Below, one piece after another: positions 24,213 to 31,964 of a stretch of DNA of 32,000 nucleotides. Made by a program: the position numbers and the translations under genes. The stretch's first letter is position 1, and each line of letters opens with the position of its first letter. The stretch comes from Halalkalibacterium halodurans (GTDB taxonomy: Bacteria; Bacillota; Bacilli; Bacillales; Bacillaceae_D), in contig NZ_SNUY01000026.1 of assembly GCF_004376175.1 (NCBI RefSeq), positions 1-32,000 of the forward strand, given 5' to 3'. The notes below the pieces were generated by a model, which was not told where the DNA came from, did no database searches, and worked only from the letters and a program-made list of their open reading frames with translations.

Positions 24213-25574
24213 TTATAGACCTTGGAGCTGAGTAAGGAAGGCGGTTGCGATACCGAAATAAATCATCAATGAAAAGATATCATTAAGGGTAGTAATTAAT
24301 GGACCGGAAGCGACAGCAGGGTCAACTCCCATCCGATATAGAAATAGAGGGATGATCGTTCCTGCCAATGTCCCTGTAATTAACGTAAGGAGCAAAGAGA
24401 CTCCAACGACAAACCCTAACGTAATGTTAATCCAAATCGTTCCAATAACAAAAATCAAAACACCACAAGTAAGACCGATTAAGATACCGACTCGAAGCTC
24501 ACGGAAAACGAGATGGATGATGGTTTTTCGATCCAGGTTTTGCGTAACAATCCCGCGAACGACAACTGCAAGTGATTGTGTTCCAGTGTTCCCCGTCATT
24601 CCGGCAATCATCGGCATGAAGAAGATCAGAGCGACGACTTGTTCAAGTGTTTCTTCAAAGTTGCTAATGATGCTACCTGATACGAGCCCGATGAACAACA
24701 GGAGTACGAGCCAAGGAAGCCGGCGTGCTGAAGCCGTCAACGCTTTCGTCTGGAAGTCAATATCTTTACCAGAAGCAGATAGCTTTTCAATGTCTTCGTT
24801 CGCTTCACGGATGACAACATCGATTACATCGTCCACCGTAATAATTCCGAGAAGTGTGTTCTGTTGATCAACGACAGGGATCGCAATAAAATCATAGCGT
24901 TCAATCGTTCGAGCGACTTCTTCCTGGTCCATATCAACCGGTACAGAGACGACCCTGTTAAACATAATGTCTTTAATTTTATCATCAATATGAGCAATTA
25001 ATAAGTCACGGTACGAAACAACACCAACTAATTTCTTTTCCTCATTGATGACATACAAATAATAAATGTTTTCGCTGAAGCTCGCGTAATCTTTTAATTT
25101 GTCTACGGCCTGACGAACGGTATAGTCCTCTTTGATCCAAATGAATTGGTTTGTCATTAGGCCGCCAGCTGTTTCTGGATCATACCCCATAAGTGACTGA
25201 ACTTTTTCCGATTCATCGTCTTTCATCGCATCGAGAAATTCTTGAATGCGTTCAACGGATAGTTCATTCAACAAGTCAGCAAGGTCATCGTTGTCCATAA
25301 GGTTCATAACCTTTGATGATCGTTCAATCCCGAGTCTGTGCAAAATCTCGATTTGCATATCTGAATCAAGCTCTTGAATTAAATCGGCAATTTGATCAGG
25401 TGTTAAAAAGGTTAAAAACTTGTGATGATGCTTATCCGGTAAACTGCGATAAAGCTGTGCAACGTCGTAAGGATGCAACTCATCAAGCATTTGCTGCAGG
25501 GCACCGCGTTTAGAATCCTTAAGATATTTAATCATGAGAACGAGAAGCTGATCTTCTGTCATGTTTGCCACCAT
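24213..25574 (-). CDS. mgtE: Magnesium transporter MgtE
   Basis: 453 aa with SD AGGTGAGG. N-domain, tandem CBS pair and C-terminal 5-TM domain, with PMIAGMTGNTGTQS and ASGPLITTLNDI motifs. Confidence 0.95.
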   Translation of the reverse strand: MVANMTEDQLLVLMIKYLKDSKRGALQQMLDELHPYDVAQLYRSLPDKHHHKFLTFLTPDQIADLIQELDSDMQIEILHRLGIERSSKVMNLMDNDDLADLLNELSVERIQEFLDAMKDDESEKVQSLMGYDPETAGGLMTNQFIWIKEDYTVRQAVDKLKDYASFSENIYYLYVINEEKKLVGVVSYRDLLIAHIDDKIKDIMFNRVVSVPVDMDQEEVARTIERYDFIAIPVVDQQNTLLGIITVDDVIDVVIREANEDIEKLSASGKDIDFQTKALTASARRLPWLVLLLFIGLVSGSIISNFEETLEQVVALIFFMPMIAGMTGNTGTQSLAVVVRGIVTQNLDRKTIIHLVFRELRVGILIGLTCGVLIFVIGTIWINITLGFVVGVSLLLTLITGTLAGTIIPLFLYRMGVDPAVASGPLITTLNDIFSLMIYFGIATAFLTQLQGL

Positions 25575-25614
25575 GTCGCCTCACCTGCCTACAAGTTTCT
25601 GTGCGTCTATAACT

Positions 25615-25650
25615 GTACAAAAAAAGAAAGAAGAAGTAAATCTCTTCTTC
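25615..25650 (-). terminator. Terminator-like hairpin plus U-tract inside the mgtE leader (candidate attenuator)
   Basis: On the minus strand: GAAGAAG-AGATTTA-CTTCTTC (plus-strand arms 25630-25636 / 25644-25650), followed by TTTCTTTTTTT, ending about 40 nt upstream of the mgtE start codon. No upstream minus-strand gene needs terminating here. Confidence 0.55.
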
Positions 25651-25731
25651 ATTATTACCCGACAAAACCGAAAACTACTCTTTTAATATGATGAGTAAAG
25701 TTTGAAAATTTGGTTAAATATAAGGATTCCG

Positions 25732-25761
25732 TTGCTGATGTACATGAGCCTATGCTATAAT
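25732..25761 (+). promoter_or_regulatory. Promoter of the ABC ATPase gene (extended -10)
   Basis: TTGCTG (25732-25737), an 18-nt spacer, then TGcTATAAT (25753-25761). Confidence 0.55.
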
Positions 25762-25770
25762 CAATCATAA

Positions 25771-25785
25771 TGAAAATCATTCTCA
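25771..25785. promoter_or_regulatory. Fur box (13/15 to the TGATAATNATTATCA 7-1-7 motif)
   Basis: TGAAAATCATTCTCA lies immediately downstream of the -10 element, a position compatible with repression. Confidence 0.65.
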
Positions 25786-25820
25786 TTTTTGAGGGATAGA
25801 TCGAGTTTTGGAGGTTCCCC

Positions 25821-26870
25821 ATGAGCTTTATCCAGCTTCGCGACTTAACAAAAACATTTCCTCACACTTTAAAACCGGCTGTTGATTCGGTTCATTTAAC
25901 AATTGAAAAAGGCGAAATTATCGCTCTGCTTGGTCCAAGTGGCTGCGGAAAAACGACAACCTTACGTATGATTGCTGGTTTTGAGCAACCGACGAGTGGC
26001 TCGATTAAGATCGGTGGTGAGGTTGTATATGAAAATCAATTTACTGTGCCACCAGAAAAACGTGGCATTGGTATGGTCTTTCAGGATTATGCCCTGTTTC
26101 CTCATTTGACAATTGCAAAAAATGTCATGTTTGGGTTATCAAAATGGGGGACACGTGCAAAACGAGAGCGGGCGAAGGAAGTGCTTGAGCTAGTCGGGCT
26201 TGCTGACTATGCGGCACGCTACCCACATGAACTTTCTGGCGGTCAGCAGCAACGTGTAGCCTTGGCGAGAGCTTTGGCACCGAAGCCTCACGTTGTCCTT
26301 ATGGATGAACCATTTAGTAACCTAGACGCTGGTCTTCGTGAGAAAATGCGTTTTGAAGTGACGACTATCTTACGAAAAGCCAATGCAACGGCGATTATTG
26401 TCACACATGATCAAAAGGATGCCTTTGCTGTAGCTGACCGGGTGGTTGTCATGAATGAAGGTGTCATCCAGCAAATTGCCACACCAAGAGAGATGTATCG
26501 CTGTCCGAAAAATTGCTTTGTGGCTCAATTTGTAGGAAAAACGAACCTTCTTTCAGGACGGTTATGTGAAGACATGCGGCATGTCGATACGCATATCGGC
26601 CGTGTATCATTACCTGCTCAATCAGAAGTAATGCTTGAAAATGTGAAGGTTTCCATTCGACCAGAAGGCTGTAAGTTGGCTGAAGAAGGGCGATTTACTG
26701 GAAAAGTGGAGCGGGTAACGTATAGCGGTGAATATCAGGAAGTCGTGGTCAACCTCGGAGCAGGGACGACTGAACCGATGATCCTTTATGCGCCAATTGA
26801 TCAAGATGTTCAGCCAGGGATCGTTGTCTCGTTTGATATAACCCCAGAGCTCGTAGCACTCGTGGAATAA
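25821..26870 (+). CDS. ABC transporter ATP-binding protein, ferric-iron/polyamine importer type (FbpC/PotA-like, with a C-terminal TOBE-like domain)
   Basis: 349 aa. Walker A GPSGCGKTT, Q-loop, signature LSGGQQQRVALARAL, Walker B VVLMDEPFSNLD and H-loop VTHDQ. Confidence 0.9.
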   Translation: MSFIQLRDLTKTFPHTLKPAVDSVHLTIEKGEIIALLGPSGCGKTTTLRMIAGFEQPTSGSIKIGGEVVYENQFTVPPEKRGIGMVFQDYALFPHLTIAKNVMFGLSKWGTRAKRERAKEVLELVGLADYAARYPHELSGGQQQRVALARALAPKPHVVLMDEPFSNLDAGLREKMRFEVTTILRKANATAIIVTHDQKDAFAVADRVVVMNEGVIQQIATPREMYRCPKNCFVAQFVGKTNLLSGRLCEDMRHVDTHIGRVSLPAQSEVMLENVKVSIRPEGCKLAEEGRFTGKVERVTYSGEYQEVVVNLGAGTTEPMILYAPIDQDVQPGIVVSFDITPELVALVE

Positions 26871-27114
26871 ACGGGAGACAGCACACTCCAACTGTTCCCA
26901 TACGGTTGGAGTCTTTAACTTGCTGTTGGAAGGCATATTTTTGCCCCGTATAACTGGAGCTAGGACTCGCACTACAAGGCAACTATGACAACGTCTATGT
27001 GTCCACATCGTGTAGGAGACTTAGCGATCATTCAAAAGGGGATGAAAAAATCCCGCTGAATATTGTTTCACTTTATTATATGCTCAAAAACAAAACAACC
27101 CAGAAAATACCTGG

Positions 27115-27143
27115 TTGACAACGATTATCATTCTCAATATACT
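27115..27143 (+). promoter_or_regulatory. Sigma-A promoter with an embedded Fur box, for the binding-protein/permease genes
   Basis: TTGACA (27115-27120), a 17-nt spacer, then TATACT (27138-27143). The spacer contains CGATTATCATTCTCA (27122-27136), a 12/15 match to the Fur 7-1-7 motif. Confidence 0.65.
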
Positions 27144-27211
27144 TAAAGTGTTAACTATTTTCTTATTATTGTTAACATTTTACAAAGATCACAAGGGGGC
27201 TATTCCAGATT

Positions 27212-28330
27212 ATGGCAAAGCGTTTTCGTCTATTGTTTTTTGCTTTAATGGCAGTTGCCTTATTCGCACTTGCTGCATGCGGAGCAACTGAAGAAGAAGG
27301 AAATGAAGAACTAGCAGCAGAGGAGACCGAAGAAACAACAGAAGGTGCTGAGGAGGAAGAGCAAGAGGAGCAAGTGGCTGAAGGCACTGGTGAGCTTGTT
27401 GTCTATTCTTCTCGTAACGAAGATTTCGTTAATGCTCTTTTAGAAAAATTTGAGCAAGATACAGGGATTACCGTACAACCCCTTCATGCAGGAGACAACG
27501 CAGTGAACCGTATTAAAGGGGAAGCAGGCAACGTTCAAGCGGATATTTTTATTTCCAATGACATCGGTGCTCTTGAGCATCTTCGTTTGGAAGGATTGTT
27601 AGAAGGATCTGATCCAGAAGGCGTTGAGTCCATCGATGAGAAATATCGTGCCGAAGATAATTCTTGGATTGCATTGTCCGCACGTACACGTGTTTTAATG
27701 TATAATAAAGATCTAATATCAGAAGAAGAAATGCCAAAAACAATTGAAGAATTAACGGATCCGAAATGGGAAGGCGACTTCGCGATTACCCGTGGAGGTA
27801 ACGGTGGTATGATTGGACATGTTTCTGCACTTCGTCAAGAGTTGGGTGATGAAGAGACGAAAGAATGGATCTCTCAAGTGAAGGATAATGCAGGCGCAAT
27901 TCTTGAGGGTCACGGAGACATTCGCCGTGCCGTTGGTGCTGGCGAGTTCAAATTTGGTCTTGTAAACAATTATTATTACCATCAGCAATTGCGTGAGCCA
28001 ACAGACAACAATGTAGGCGTTATTTATCCTGATCAAGGAGACGATGAAATGGGTGCGGTCGTTAACGCAGCAGGTGTTGGTTTAATTAAAGATGCACCTA
28101 ACGGAGAAAATGCACAAGCTTTCCTTGAGTGGATTCTTCTTCCTGAAAATCAACGTGAATTCTCTTTTGAGTCGTTAGAAGTACCAATTAATCCTGAAAT
28201 TGAAGCGCCAGAAGGAGCAGCTACGATTAGTGACTACAAAACACATGACATGCCGTTAAGCAAACTAGGCGAAGTGTGGGAAGATACGCGTGAACTAATT
28301 GAAGAAGCTGGTCTTGACCTTGATCTATAA
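27212..28330 (+). CDS. Ferric-iron-type ABC substrate-binding lipoprotein with an acidic linker
   Basis: 372 aa. Lipobox LAAC-G (FALAACGAT). A 33-aa Glu-rich linker, then VVYSSRNEDF...ISND...TRVLMYN..., typical of the iron(III)/FbpA-AfuA-like SBP family. Confidence 0.85.
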   Translation: MAKRFRLLFFALMAVALFALAACGATEEEGNEELAAEETEETTEGAEEEEQEEQVAEGTGELVVYSSRNEDFVNALLEKFEQDTGITVQPLHAGDNAVNRIKGEAGNVQADIFISNDIGALEHLRLEGLLEGSDPEGVESIDEKYRAEDNSWIALSARTRVLMYNKDLISEEEMPKTIEELTDPKWEGDFAITRGGNGGMIGHVSALRQELGDEETKEWISQVKDNAGAILEGHGDIRRAVGAGEFKFGLVNNYYYHQQLREPTDNNVGVIYPDQGDDEMGAVVNAAGVGLIKDAPNGENAQAFLEWILLPENQREFSFESLEVPINPEIEAPEGAATISDYKTHDMPLSKLGEVWEDTRELIEEAGLDLDL

Positions 28331-28364
28331 AGCGTTTCTATAGGTGAGTAGGAGATGTCACATC

Positions 28365-30044
28365 ATGAATGTTGATCCACATAATCAAAAAAAGAAGGTT
28401 GGACATCGCCAGGTTGGTGAGCATCGCTCACCAACCTCTCGCCGTTTATTTAATACATATTGGCTTAAACTCTGGAATGGCTCCCCACCAGGAGCTGTTT
28501 TACTAAGCTTTGCGGCTGTGACTGGATTGTTAATGGCTATTCCGATTGTTTATGTCGTGTGGGAATCGTTATTTGCAGGTGCTGATCGCTGGCTCCGACT
28601 GTTAGATACGAGAATTCCCCAATTGCTTTGGAATACATTGTCCTTAACGGTCATGGTGACATTGTTTGCGGTAGCGATTGGAGTATCGCTAGCATGGCTC
28701 GTGAATCGGACAAGCCTTCCTGGTCGAAAAATGTGGCAGTGGCTTCTAGCATTGCCACTAGTGATCCCTCCGTACGTTGGAGCGGTCACTTACATCATTA
28801 TTTTCGGCCCTAGAGGTTGGCTATGGCGTTACTGGAAGCAAGAAGAGTGGCTACAGCAACGATTTGGTGATTATCCTATCGATGTGTACACATTTGCAGG
28901 CATATTTTTTGTCTTAACAATGTTCACGTATCCGTATGTCTATTTGATTGCAGGTGCATCGCTTCGTAAAATGAATCGAAATTTTGAAGAAGTGGCTCGT
29001 GCGCAAGGAATGACGACAGGACAAGTATTTTGGAGGGTTAATCTTCCGTTTCTTCGCCCAGCGATTGGTGCAGGAGCGATCTTAGTTGCTCTTTATGTGC
29101 TCTCAGACTTCGGTGCGATCGCAATGATGCGCTATACGACCTTTACAGCTGCAATCTATTATCAGATGGGAAGTTACGATAATGTCTCTGCGACGGTTTT
29201 AAGTGTCGTCTTGATTTTACTCACGCTCATCATTTTGTGGCTCGAAGCACGTACTCGAAAAAAGCAAAAATACTATCAAACAACGAACAGCTATCATGAG
29301 CCAGAGATATTATCTCTCGGCAAATGGAAATGGCCTGCATTCTTTTTTGTCGCCGGCGTGTTCACTATATCCGTTTTGCTTCCAGTGATCGTCCTTGTCT
29401 ATTGGACCGTTATCGGTGTTGGAGGCGGGGTTCTCGATGCAAAATTTTGGGGGTATGCGTGGAACAGCTTAAAAGTATCTGGATTAGCTGCTTTGTTTTG
29501 TATGCTGCTTGCTTTACCAGTTGTATACTTACGATCACGTTACCCATCAAAAGTATCTCATTTTATCGAAAAGTTAAGCTATGCAGGATATGCACTTCCA
29601 GGGGTAATCGTAGCCCTCGGAATTATCTATTTATTTAATCAATACATTCCTGTACTGTATAATACGTTTTATTTAATTGCGATTGCTTTTGTTGTGAGAT
29701 TTTTACCTCAAGCTATGCAATCGACGGATGCTTCTCTCAGCCTTATTTCACCGCGCATTGATGAAGCGGCGCGCAGTCTAGGCCAACCGCCTTGGAAGGT
29801 AATGTTCACCGTCATTATTCCATCGATTTTGCCGGGGGTATTAGCAGGAGGAGCACTCGTATTCGTTAGTTCGATAAAAGAATTGCCAGCAACATTGCTA
29901 TTGAGACCACCAGGCTTTGATACACTTGCGGTTCGAATTTGGGTTGAAACGAGTGAAGCGACGTATTACACGGCGGCACCTGCTGCTTTACTCATCGTTC
30001 TTGTTTCGGCGTTGCCACTTCGTTATTTATTGAAGAAATATTAA
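28365..30044 (+). CDS. Iron ABC transporter permease (fused two-domain, about 12 TM, FbpB-like)
   Basis: I prefer the ATG at 28365 (TAGGAGA SD 9 nt upstream). The ORF-track GTG at 28344 is in the same frame. There are two EAA-type permease repeats (EEVARAQGMT...; DEAARSLGQPPW...). Confidence 0.9.
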   Translation: MNVDPHNQKKKVGHRQVGEHRSPTSRRLFNTYWLKLWNGSPPGAVLLSFAAVTGLLMAIPIVYVVWESLFAGADRWLRLLDTRIPQLLWNTLSLTVMVTLFAVAIGVSLAWLVNRTSLPGRKMWQWLLALPLVIPPYVGAVTYIIIFGPRGWLWRYWKQEEWLQQRFGDYPIDVYTFAGIFFVLTMFTYPYVYLIAGASLRKMNRNFEEVARAQGMTTGQVFWRVNLPFLRPAIGAGAILVALYVLSDFGAIAMMRYTTFTAAIYYQMGSYDNVSATVLSVVLILLTLIILWLEARTRKKQKYYQTTNSYHEPEILSLGKWKWPAFFFVAGVFTISVLLPVIVLVYWTVIGVGGGVLDAKFWGYAWNSLKVSGLAALFCMLLALPVVYLRSRYPSKVSHFIEKLSYAGYALPGVIVALGIIYLFNQYIPVLYNTFYLIAIAFVVRFLPQAMQSTDASLSLISPRIDEAARSLGQPPWKVMFTVIIPSILPGVLAGGALVFVSSIKELPATLLLRPPGFDTLAVRIWVETSEATYYTAAPAALLIVLVSALPLRYLLKKY

Positions 30045-30052
30045 TTGTTATT

Positions 30053-30084
30053 AACGCTAAGGCTTTTCCCTTAGCGTTTTTTTT
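30053..30084 (+). terminator. Strong intrinsic terminator after the permease gene
   Basis: 10-bp perfect stem AACGCTAAGG (30053-30062) / CCTTAGCGTT (30069-30078), loop CTTTTC, then TTTTTT. Confidence 0.8.
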
Positions 30085-30370
30085 GTACCTTAAAAGAAAT
30101 GGAATTATCATAAGGGGAGACTCTGACGTGAGAACTTGGTGCTAAGACGAGTTCTCCAATAAGGAAGTATAGAGAGCTGTCTAGCGAGGGCGTCGATCAT
30201 CCGTGAACCCTTTCTCTCCAGTGCTTCGCCAGTGGCTATGTATATAGGCGACGCTTTTGCGTTTTGCTGAATTGTTAGCGTATAAAAGAGTTCGGTTCGT
30301 AGAGTAAGAAAAACATAAGAATGTATATGCGAGTTCATGATTTATTCAAAAAATTTATTCAGGGAAACTG

Positions 30371-30400
30371 TTGACACTGATAATCATTATCAATTAAAAT
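30371..30400 (+). promoter_or_regulatory. Sigma-A promoter of the DUF2325-like gene
   Basis: TTGACA (30371-30376), an 18-nt spacer, then TAAAAT (30395-30400). Confidence 0.7.
30378..30392. promoter_or_regulatory. Fur box, perfect 15/15 match to TGATAATNATTATCA
   Basis: TGATAATCATTATCA occupies the promoter spacer. Confidence 0.85.
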
Positions 30401-30414
30401 GAGAACTAACATAT

Positions 30415-30429
30415 TGAGAATCATTTTCA
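30415..30429. promoter_or_regulatory. Second Fur box (13/15)
   Basis: TGAGAATCATTTTCA lies in the 5' UTR, 22 nt upstream of the start codon. Confidence 0.6.
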
Positions 30430-30450
30430 AGTAAAGGAGTGTGAAGGCGG

Positions 30451-30768
30451 ATGTCCTCGATTATGATTGTTGGTGCGGATCACTTAGGAACGATTCCGAA
30501 AAAACTGAATGAAATCGGCTTTAGTGAAATTATGCATGTGACAGGAAGAAAGGTAAAGGCCGTTAAAAAGGAAATTCCTAGCCATGTGGATTTAATTTTA
30601 GTCCTGACGGATTACATAAACCACAATTTAACGTCAGTATTAAAAAAACGAGCGTCCGAGCAAGACATTCCAATCTGTTATGCCAAACGTTCTTGGTGTT
30701 CGATCTACAAAGTGATTGGGCAATGTGATGCCTACTGTCCGAAACGAAACAGCTGTCAATTCAAATAG
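30451..30768 (+). CDS. DUF2325-like small protein with a C-terminal 4-Cys cluster
   Basis: 105 aa. The beta-alpha-beta start IMIVGADHLG and DLILVLTDYINH resemble the DUF2325 family as I recall it. The tail carries C-x10-C-x3-C-x5-C (WCSIYKVIGQCDAYCPKRNSC). Confidence 0.7.
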   Translation: MSSIMIVGADHLGTIPKKLNEIGFSEIMHVTGRKVKAVKKEIPSHVDLILVLTDYINHNLTSVLKKRASEQDIPICYAKRSWCSIYKVIGQCDAYCPKRNSCQFK

Positions 30769-30792
30769 AAGATTCTAGGTGATGTGGAAAAG

Positions 30793-30822
30793 CACTACTA
30801 ATAATTTTTTTAGTAGTGTTTT
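30793..30822 (+). terminator. Intrinsic terminator after the DUF2325-like gene
   Basis: 8-bp stem CACTACTA (30793-30800) / TAGTAGTG (30811-30818), then TTTTT. Confidence 0.7.
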
Positions 30823-31002
30823 TCATGTTTGCTGAACAAAGAGAACTTAATGATTTGGAAATTTTATCTACTAAAATAAAAAAGAAAAACTAATTTTCAC
30901 TAGACTTATGGAGAAAAATATGAAACAATAAGTTGCGTGAGGTAAAAATAATTAAAAGGAACAAAAAAGTTTGTCCTGAGACAATCTATTTTTTTGTAGC
31001 TT

Positions 31003-31020
31003 GTTTTGCCTTGGGGAAAC
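31003..31020. promoter_or_regulatory. Candidate DtxR/MntR-type operator (imperfect palindrome)
   Basis: GTTTTGCC-TT-GGGGAAAC with half-sites matching 6/8 as an inverted repeat, 36 nt upstream of the metal SBP start. It resembles my recollection of Bacillus MntR boxes (TTTGCCTT..GGAAA). Unverified. Confidence 0.3.
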
Positions 31021-31055
31021 TTTTTGGCTATTAGTGAAATTGAAGGGGGATGAAG

Positions 31056-31958
31056 ATGAAAAAGGTTTGTTTTAGTTTTGTCATGATGGTCATTGCGCTA
31101 ATCGTTGCTGGATGCGGAGCAGAAGATACGGGTACTAGTGAGGATGGGGAAGGCTTAAAGATTGTCACAAGCTTTTCTATTTTGGGAGATGTCCTTGAGA
31201 ATATTGCGGGGGAACGGTCTTCCGTCACATACATTGTTCCAATTGGAGAGGAGCCCCACGAGTATGAACCAGTCCCAAGTGATTTTCAAGCCGTTTCTGA
31301 TGCTGACGTATTTTATGTCAACGGCCTCGGTTTAGAGGAATGGTTACAGCGACTTGTGGAAAACACATCAGATGTGGATGTCGTAGAAGTGAGTCCAACG
31401 ATAGATGCTTTGCCACTTGAAGAATCGGACGGACTGGATCCACATGCTTGGTTAGATGTTAAAAATGTTATGAAATACGTAGAAGTGATTCGAGATGATT
31501 TAGTCGAAAGGGATCCAGACGGAGCTGAGATTTACGTGGCGAATGCCGAGGCTTATTTACAAGATTTGCAGGAATTAGAGGACTGGATTCATGATCAAGT
31601 AACGACCATTCCAGAGGAACAACGCACAATTGTGATCAGCGAAAATGCCTATCGCTATTTTGGAGAAGCGTACGGCTTTGATACAGTAGGAATTTGGGAA
31701 CTGAATTCTCATGAAGAAGGGACGCCTGGTCAAATTTCGCGGGTTGTAGACATTGTAAAGGAACTTGACCTTCCAGCCGTGTTTGTGGAAACAACGGTAA
31801 ACAAAAGCTTCATGACGACAGTATCCAATGATTCTGGTGTAGATATTGCTGGTGAAGTGTATACCGATGCTGTCGGTTTAGAAGGATCAGGTGCGGAAAC
31901 TTATATCGATATGATGAAGCACAATGTTGATACTTTCGTGAGTGGATTGTCTCAGTAA
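31056..31958 (+). CDS. Metal (Mn/Zn/Fe, cluster A-I, TroA/PsaA/MntA-like) ABC substrate-binding lipoprotein
   Basis: I prefer the ATG at 31056 (GAAGGGGG SD 7-8 nt upstream) over 31050. Lipobox VAGC-G. Conserved EPHEYEP and DPHAWLD metal-ligand motifs. There is no His-rich Zn loop, which favours Mn/Fe. Confidence 0.85.
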   Translation: MKKVCFSFVMMVIALIVAGCGAEDTGTSEDGEGLKIVTSFSILGDVLENIAGERSSVTYIVPIGEEPHEYEPVPSDFQAVSDADVFYVNGLGLEEWLQRLVENTSDVDVVEVSPTIDALPLEESDGLDPHAWLDVKNVMKYVEVIRDDLVERDPDGAEIYVANAEAYLQDLQELEDWIHDQVTTIPEEQRTIVISENAYRYFGEAYGFDTVGIWELNSHEEGTPGQISRVVDIVKELDLPAVFVETTVNKSFMTTVSNDSGVDIAGEVYTDAVGLEGSGAETYIDMMKHNVDTFVSGLSQ

Positions 31959-31964
31959 TTTGAA

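Noticed and set aside
24352-24867. 171-aa plus-strand ORF inside mgtE.
   Set aside because: It is antisense to a confidently identified mgtE, has a low-complexity Thr/Ser/Pro/Arg-rich translation and no SD. It is a shadow ORF.
25575-25600. GTAGGCAGGTGAGGC, which resembles the 5' GUUAGGUGAGGC block of the M-box riboswitch.
   Set aside because: It lies directly before the mgtE ATG and serves as its SD. The MgtE N-domain begins right after it, and none of the remaining M-box blocks follow.
27172-27387. 71-aa Ser-rich minus-strand ORF.
   Set aside because: It is simply the antisense reading of the GAA/GAG-rich acidic-linker region of the binding-protein gene.
30108-30338. 76-aa minus-strand ORF in the non-coding segment.
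   Set aside because: It has no SD upstream of the ATG, an odd composition and no motif. I treated the region as non-coding, as described in the finding.
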